Shown here one piece after another: positions 59,980 through 64,000 of a DNA stretch of 64,000 nucleotides; position 1 is the stretch's first letter, and every line of letters starts with the position of its first letter. The position numbers and the translations under genes are program-made. The notes beneath the pieces are model-generated. The model saw only the letters and a program-made list of their open reading frames with translations, was not told where the DNA came from and did no database searches. The DNA lies in the NCBI GenBank assembly GCA_009839505.1, contig VXPO01000013.1, positions 43,300-107,299 of the forward strand, read 5' to 3'. This DNA comes from Gammaproteobacteria bacterium. Its GTDB lineage: Bacteria; Pseudomonadota; Gammaproteobacteria; Pseudomonadales; Azotimanducaceae.

Positions 59980-61506
59980 CTACGCCGTGCGCGTCACCTC
60001 GAGAACCACCCAGCCTTCGTTGTTCCCGTACCGGTCCGCCAAGGGCACGCGAGATTCGAAGTCGTTGGCGAGCGCCAATAGGCGTCCATCAAAGGGTGCC
60101 TCGAATTCCGCCTCGAGGCCCACGCGCAGCTTGTGCTCTTGGCCGTCGGCACCGCTCACGACGGCGACGAGTTCGAACCAGTCGGCATCGGCAACCACCC
60201 GGCCGCGCTGGAACATCCGAATCCCCATTCGCATCGGTTTCGCGAGGCGACCCAGAGCCGACTGCACCGCCGGATCGTCCTCGCGCCAGCCAGCGGCATC
60301 GCACGGAGGCAGCTCGCCGTCTTGCCAGCACTGGGTGGGGGACACCGAAAGCCGATAGCAAGCACCTCCCACTAGGTCGATGCCCGTGTCGTTGCGATGC
60401 TCGGGGGCGTTCACGATCGCGTGGGCGGATTCCCCGACGCCGAGTTCGGCCTGCGACGGCAGGTTCAACGAGCCGCGGCCATCCCGCGCTGCAGCGTCGA
60501 GGGCGGTACGCTGGCCCGCGTCCAAGCTCTCGCGGTAGTCCGCCAGGTCGTGGTATCGACCGACGGCGGACGGGTGGAAGTCCGGGTCGACACCCAGGAC
60601 ACGGTGCCCGCGTCCGTAGATCCGGCTCCGGTTGACGCTGAAGTAGATGTTTTGGTCCGGATCCGCAAGCTCGCGGAAGTCGGGATTCACGGCGAGACCC
60701 AATTCGCCGAGTTGTTCGATCATCCACTCCAACGCGATGCGCGACAGCGGCTCCTTGTGCTTCGTGCCGCCGCCGACACAGCCGTGGTCGCCCGCGAACC
60801 AAACCTCGCGGAGCGCCTGGTCGGGTGATCCCCGGTACATCGGCGTGTGTTCGAACTCCTTGCGCCGCTCGTCGATCGAGACCGCGTGAAGGGCCGTCCG
60901 AACGTGCTTGCCGAGCTTGAAGTCGAGCCACCGGTAACGGTCCGTGAACGCCTTGTCCAACGGGATTCGCGGCAGCTTGTTCGGGATTCCCAGCGCGCCG
61001 ACCGTGTCCCAGCACCCAAGAAGCGTGACTTCCGGAACCATCGTGTCATGTCTTGATCGGAACGCCAGAGCCTCGTCGCCGTTGGCAGATTTCTCCTTGC
61101 GATAGAGTTCATACGCTTCGGCCACGAAGTCCATCTGGTCGCGGCCGAGCAGCCCGGCGTAGCCGATCATGCCCGCGAGGCTTCGTACCGTATAGGCTCC
61201 GCGGCTGAACCCGAAGAGATAGATCTCGTCGCCCTCGGCGTGATTGTTGGCGATGAAGCGGTATGCCTCGCGCACGTTGGTGTCGAGTCCCTCGCCGAAC
61301 GCGCCGCCAACGAGGCGATTCATCCAGCCGCCGGTGCCGACGCCCTCGTCGTAGTAAAGCAGCTGTAGCAGCCCGTCCTCGCCCCGCGGCAGCACGTTGC
61401 CGGCGAGGCGAACTACGTTCGTCGGGCTCTCCATCTCGGGGGTGTTCCAAGTGCCGTCGCAGCAAACGACGAGACGCTTGGGTTTGGGCGTGTCTCCACT
61501 GGCCAT
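59980..61506 (-). CDS. DUF2235 alpha/beta-hydrolase (Tle1-like lipase fold) with an extra C-terminal domain
   Basis: RLVVCCDGTWNTPE, YYDEGVGTG and the nucleophile elbow LFGFSRGAYTVRSLAGMI. The last 150 aa or so are unassigned. Confidence 0.8.
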   Translation of the reverse strand: MASGDTPKPKRLVVCCDGTWNTPEMESPTNVVRLAGNVLPRGEDGLLQLLYYDEGVGTGGWMNRLVGGAFGEGLDTNVREAYRFIANNHAEGDEIYLFGFSRGAYTVRSLAGMIGYAGLLGRDQMDFVAEAYELYRKEKSANGDEALAFRSRHDTMVPEVTLLGCWDTVGALGIPNKLPRIPLDKAFTDRYRWLDFKLGKHVRTALHAVSIDERRKEFEHTPMYRGSPDQALREVWFAGDHGCVGGGTKHKEPLSRIALEWMIEQLGELGLAVNPDFRELADPDQNIYFSVNRSRIYGRGHRVLGVDPDFHPSAVGRYHDLADYRESLDAGQRTALDAAARDGRGSLNLPSQAELGVGESAHAIVNAPEHRNDTGIDLVGGACYRLSVSPTQCWQDGELPPCDAAGWREDDPAVQSALGRLAKPMRMGIRMFQRGRVVADADWFELVAVVSGADGQEHKLRVGLEAEFEAPFDGRLLALANDFESRVPLADRYGNNEGWVVLEVTRTA

Positions 61507-61537
61507 CCGACAACCTCCTTCCGGGTGACGAGTCGTT

Positions 61538-62437
61538 TTGCGCCACGCTTCGCGCTTTTGTGGACTGTATCATCTCAACGACCGATGGTCGGAGCCAACG
61601 GTGGATCCTGGAGAGGCCTTCCTCGCTGCATTCAGAGCCGGCGACATCGATGCCGCCCGCACGCTCATGGCCCGCGAGCCCGAAATCTCGTTGCAGGCCG
61701 ACTACGGAGTCCACCCGTTGCTAGCCGCATTCGTCGACGGCAACAACGGGCACTGCTACAAGGCGGGGCACCTAGCCATCGCCGACCTGCTTATTCCCCA
61801 AGCCGTGCGTTCGTTTCGGGATTCCGTGCTGGCGGACCAGCGGCAGGTCGTCCGGCGGCGACTGGGGGACGACCCGGCGCTCGTGTCCGCACCGTTCACG
61901 GCCGGACGGGGCATCGCCCAGCCGATCCACCACTGGCGATCAATCGAGGTGGCCGAACTCCTGCTCGACACCGGGGCGGACATTGATGCCCAGACCACGG
62001 TGCATTTCGACGGCGAGACCCCGCTCGCCATGAAACTCCGTTTCGGCACCATCGAGGAGGTGAGATTCCTGTTGGACCGTGGCGCAGATCCGAACCTGGG
62101 GCCCCTCAAGTTCATGCCCTCCTCGACGATGCCGACCCTCGTTCCGCTGCTGGTCGAACACGGCTGGAACATCGACGAGGGCGCCGGTGTGCGCACCCTT
62201 CTGCACCACGATGCGAACCACGGTCACGGCGCCAAGGTGCGGCTGCTCTTGGCCCACGGGGCCGATCCCAACGTGCGCGATGCCGCCGGCAGGACGCCAC
62301 TCCACCTCATCGCGGCCCGAGGCACCGGTCGCGAAGCGATCCAGGCGCTGGTCGATGCCGGTGCCGAGTTCGATGTCCGGGACAACGCTGGCCGGACGCC
62401 GGTGGACCTGGCGCGGCACGGGTTGATCAGAGCTTAG
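61538..62437 (+). CDS. Ankyrin-repeat protein
   Basis: Repeats such as GETPLAMKLRFGTIEEVRFLLDRGADPN, RTLLHHDANHGHGAKVRLLLAHGADPNVRDAAGRTPLHLIAARG and ...LVDAGAEFDVRDNAGRTPVDLA. The likely start is the GTG at 61601. Confidence 0.8.
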   Translation: MRHASRFCGLYHLNDRWSEPTVDPGEAFLAAFRAGDIDAARTLMAREPEISLQADYGVHPLLAAFVDGNNGHCYKAGHLAIADLLIPQAVRSFRDSVLADQRQVVRRRLGDDPALVSAPFTAGRGIAQPIHHWRSIEVAELLLDTGADIDAQTTVHFDGETPLAMKLRFGTIEEVRFLLDRGADPNLGPLKFMPSSTMPTLVPLLVEHGWNIDEGAGVRTLLHHDANHGHGAKVRLLLAHGADPNVRDAAGRTPLHLIAARGTGREAIQALVDAGAEFDVRDNAGRTPVDLARHGLIRA

Positions 62438-63615
62438 ACGAGGAGCCGCTCGCTTCCGTAGCGGCGTACCGTGGCCAATCCACAGAGGACACCCACCGTG
62501 ATCGTCGCCGCGGCGGAGACCAGGATGTGGAGCGCCTGCACGCCCTCGCCCTTAACCAGCTCGGTCACCAGGAGGTGCTGAGACAGGCTCGGTACGAGCA
62601 TCGACCCGAGGGTCGCCTGGACCGGGTTCAGGACCACGAGCACGATCGGCAATGTCGGCGCAACCATCGCGAGACCCGTGTAGGTCTGGGCCTCGCGGAA
62701 GGACTTGGTGTAGGACGCGACGATGGTCATCACGCCCGCGCCGAGAACCGCAAACGGCAGCATGACGACGTACATGACCGCACACACTTCGGGCGTGAAG
62801 TTCGCGGTCATGCCGACCTTCGCCAAGGGCAGGAAACGCACCGCGATGGCGAACGCCACGATGCTCACGCCGAGGGAGACGGCCATGAAGAAGAAGGTCG
62901 CCCCGAGCTTGCCCCAGACCACGCTCGCGCGCGCGGCGGGGAGCGTGAGCAGGGGCTCGAGCGATCCCCGCTCGCGTTCGCCCGCCGTAGTGTCGATGGC
63001 CACCTGGGTGCCGCCGATGAGCGTGGCGAACAGCAGGAAATACGTCATCATGCCGAGCAGCAGGATGGCGCGTCCCGAGGGCGTCGAGACGTCTTCGGTC
63101 AGCACCGCGATGGGACGCGCAACGCTCGGATCGATGCCCCGCAACTGCAGACGTTGAGTGCCGATGATCGAGCCGTACTCGACGAGCGCCGAACGCAGCC
63201 TCGACACGGCCGATCGGGCCGTATTGTTGGAAACGTCGGTAACGATCCACAGCCGCGCGGGCGAGCCATCGCGCAGTGCCGAGCCGAAGTCGGCGTCCAC
63301 CACGAGACCAACATCGGTGTCGCCGCGCCGGACCGACTCGCGCAAAGTCTCCAGTTCTGAAAACGCCTCGTGGTCGACGTCGATCAAGCGGCGATGCAAA
63401 TGTGCCATGAGATTACTGGCTTCGGCGCCGCCCACCACGGGAACCTCGATCGGCTTTTCGGCTTCGTCGAGCTGGATGCTGACGGCGTAGTTGGTGATGC
63501 CCGCGAACAGGATCGGGCCAAACATAGGGCCGAACAGCAACGCGGTGATCATGGCGCGCCGGTCGCGCAAACCCTCTCGGACTTCCTTGCGGAAGACTGT
63601 GGCGATACTGCGCAC
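62434..63615 (-). CDS. natB: ABC-2 type transporter permease (NatB-like)
   Basis: MRSIATVFRKEVREGLRDRRAMITALLFGP..., a large extracytoplasmic loop, then five C-terminal TM helices. Confidence 0.8.
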   Translation of the reverse strand: MRSIATVFRKEVREGLRDRRAMITALLFGPMFGPILFAGITNYAVSIQLDEAEKPIEVPVVGGAEASNLMAHLHRRLIDVDHEAFSELETLRESVRRGDTDVGLVVDADFGSALRDGSPARLWIVTDVSNNTARSAVSRLRSALVEYGSIIGTQRLQLRGIDPSVARPIAVLTEDVSTPSGRAILLLGMMTYFLLFATLIGGTQVAIDTTAGERERGSLEPLLTLPAARASVVWGKLGATFFFMAVSLGVSIVAFAIAVRFLPLAKVGMTANFTPEVCAVMYVVMLPFAVLGAGVMTIVASYTKSFREAQTYTGLAMVAPTLPIVLVVLNPVQATLGSMLVPSLSQHLLVTELVKGEGVQALHILVSAAATITVGVLCGLATVRRYGSERLLV

Positions 63616-63625
63616 GGGTCAGCCG

Positions 63626-64000
63626 TCAGACGTGGGCATCGACACGGGCGACCGCCTCCACGAAGGCGTCTTCGAGGTCGTCGCAACCCGTGTCGGTGCG
63701 GATCTGCTCGGTGGTGCCGGCCACCGCGACCGTGCCGGCGGCGATGATGACAATGCGGTCGCACAGCGCGGCCACTTCCTGCATGACGTGGCTGGAAAAC
63801 AGCACGCAGCAGCCCGCGTCGCGGCGTTCGCGGATCACCTCGCGCAACGCCCGGGTGGCCATGACGTCGAGGCCGTTGGTGGGCTCGTCGAGAATCAAGG
63901 TGTCGGGGTCGTGCACCATGGCGCGGGCCAAGGCGGTGCGGATGCGCTGCCCTTGAGAAAAGCCCTTGGCCCGCCGGTCCGCGAAGTCCTTTATGCCAAG
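63626..64000 (-). CDS. natA: ABC transporter ATP-binding protein (NatA-like), C-terminal part only
   Basis: The region translated by the track ORF 63626..63931 contains Walker B and the H-loop (LILDEPTNGLDV...VLFSSHVMQEV). The frame stays open to the window end. Confidence 0.85.
   Translation of the reverse strand, partial: LGIKDFADRRAKGFSQGQRIRTALARAMVHDPDTLILDEPTNGLDVMATRALREVIRERRDAGCCVLFSSHVMQEVAALCDRIVIIAAGTVAVAGTTEQIRTDTGCDDLEDAFVEAVARVDAHV

Overview
High-GC, almost fully coding chromosomal window that looks gammaproteobacterial. Backbone genes: secA (partial), a fused ABC exporter, a DUF721/DciA-like gene, the npr-rapZ-ptsN-hpf block (no rpoN next to it), a Rieske oxygenase, tldD-pmbA, ilvI-ilvH-ilvC, pgeF-rluD divergent from bamD, a minor-pilin cluster (fimT; pilE-pilV-pilW-pilX), fkpB-lspA-ribF, murJ/rpsT, proB-obg-rpmA-rplU divergent from ispB, tRNA-Pro(CGG), a TonB-dependent receptor and natAB-like ABC genes. 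From about 21 to 40 kb the gene order matches what I remember of Pseudomonas aeruginosa PA4549-PA4569, and that comparison exposes local insertions and losses. Accessory content: (1) a 998-aa protein with an internally duplicated module I cannot assign, fused to an HExxH metallopeptidase-like domain (26.85-29.85 kb). (2) Next to it, a lower-GC pair: a GT-C glycosyltransferase and a membrane-anchored alkaline-phosphatase-superfamily protein (29.98-33.4 kb). (3) A roughly 16-kb lower-GC glycan-assembly island between ispB and tRNA-Pro (39.97-55.9 kb). It has seven glycosyltransferases, three methyltransferases, Wzx, a Wzy-like protein, a GDP-mannose 3,5-epimerase homolog and a gtrB-gtrA module plus an unassigned polytopic protein. 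(4) A divergent DUF2235 lipase-like / ankyrin-repeat pair (59.98-62.4 kb). (5) An N-terminally truncated ISAzo13-family transposase remnant. (6) A REP-like repeat family with a GTAGGGGCGACC head, present in four copies. (7) A decayed ORF next to secA. I found no CRISPR array, rRNA, integrase or prophage structural genes. All calls rest on reading the ORF translations, my own hand translation and recalled family motifs; no searches were run.
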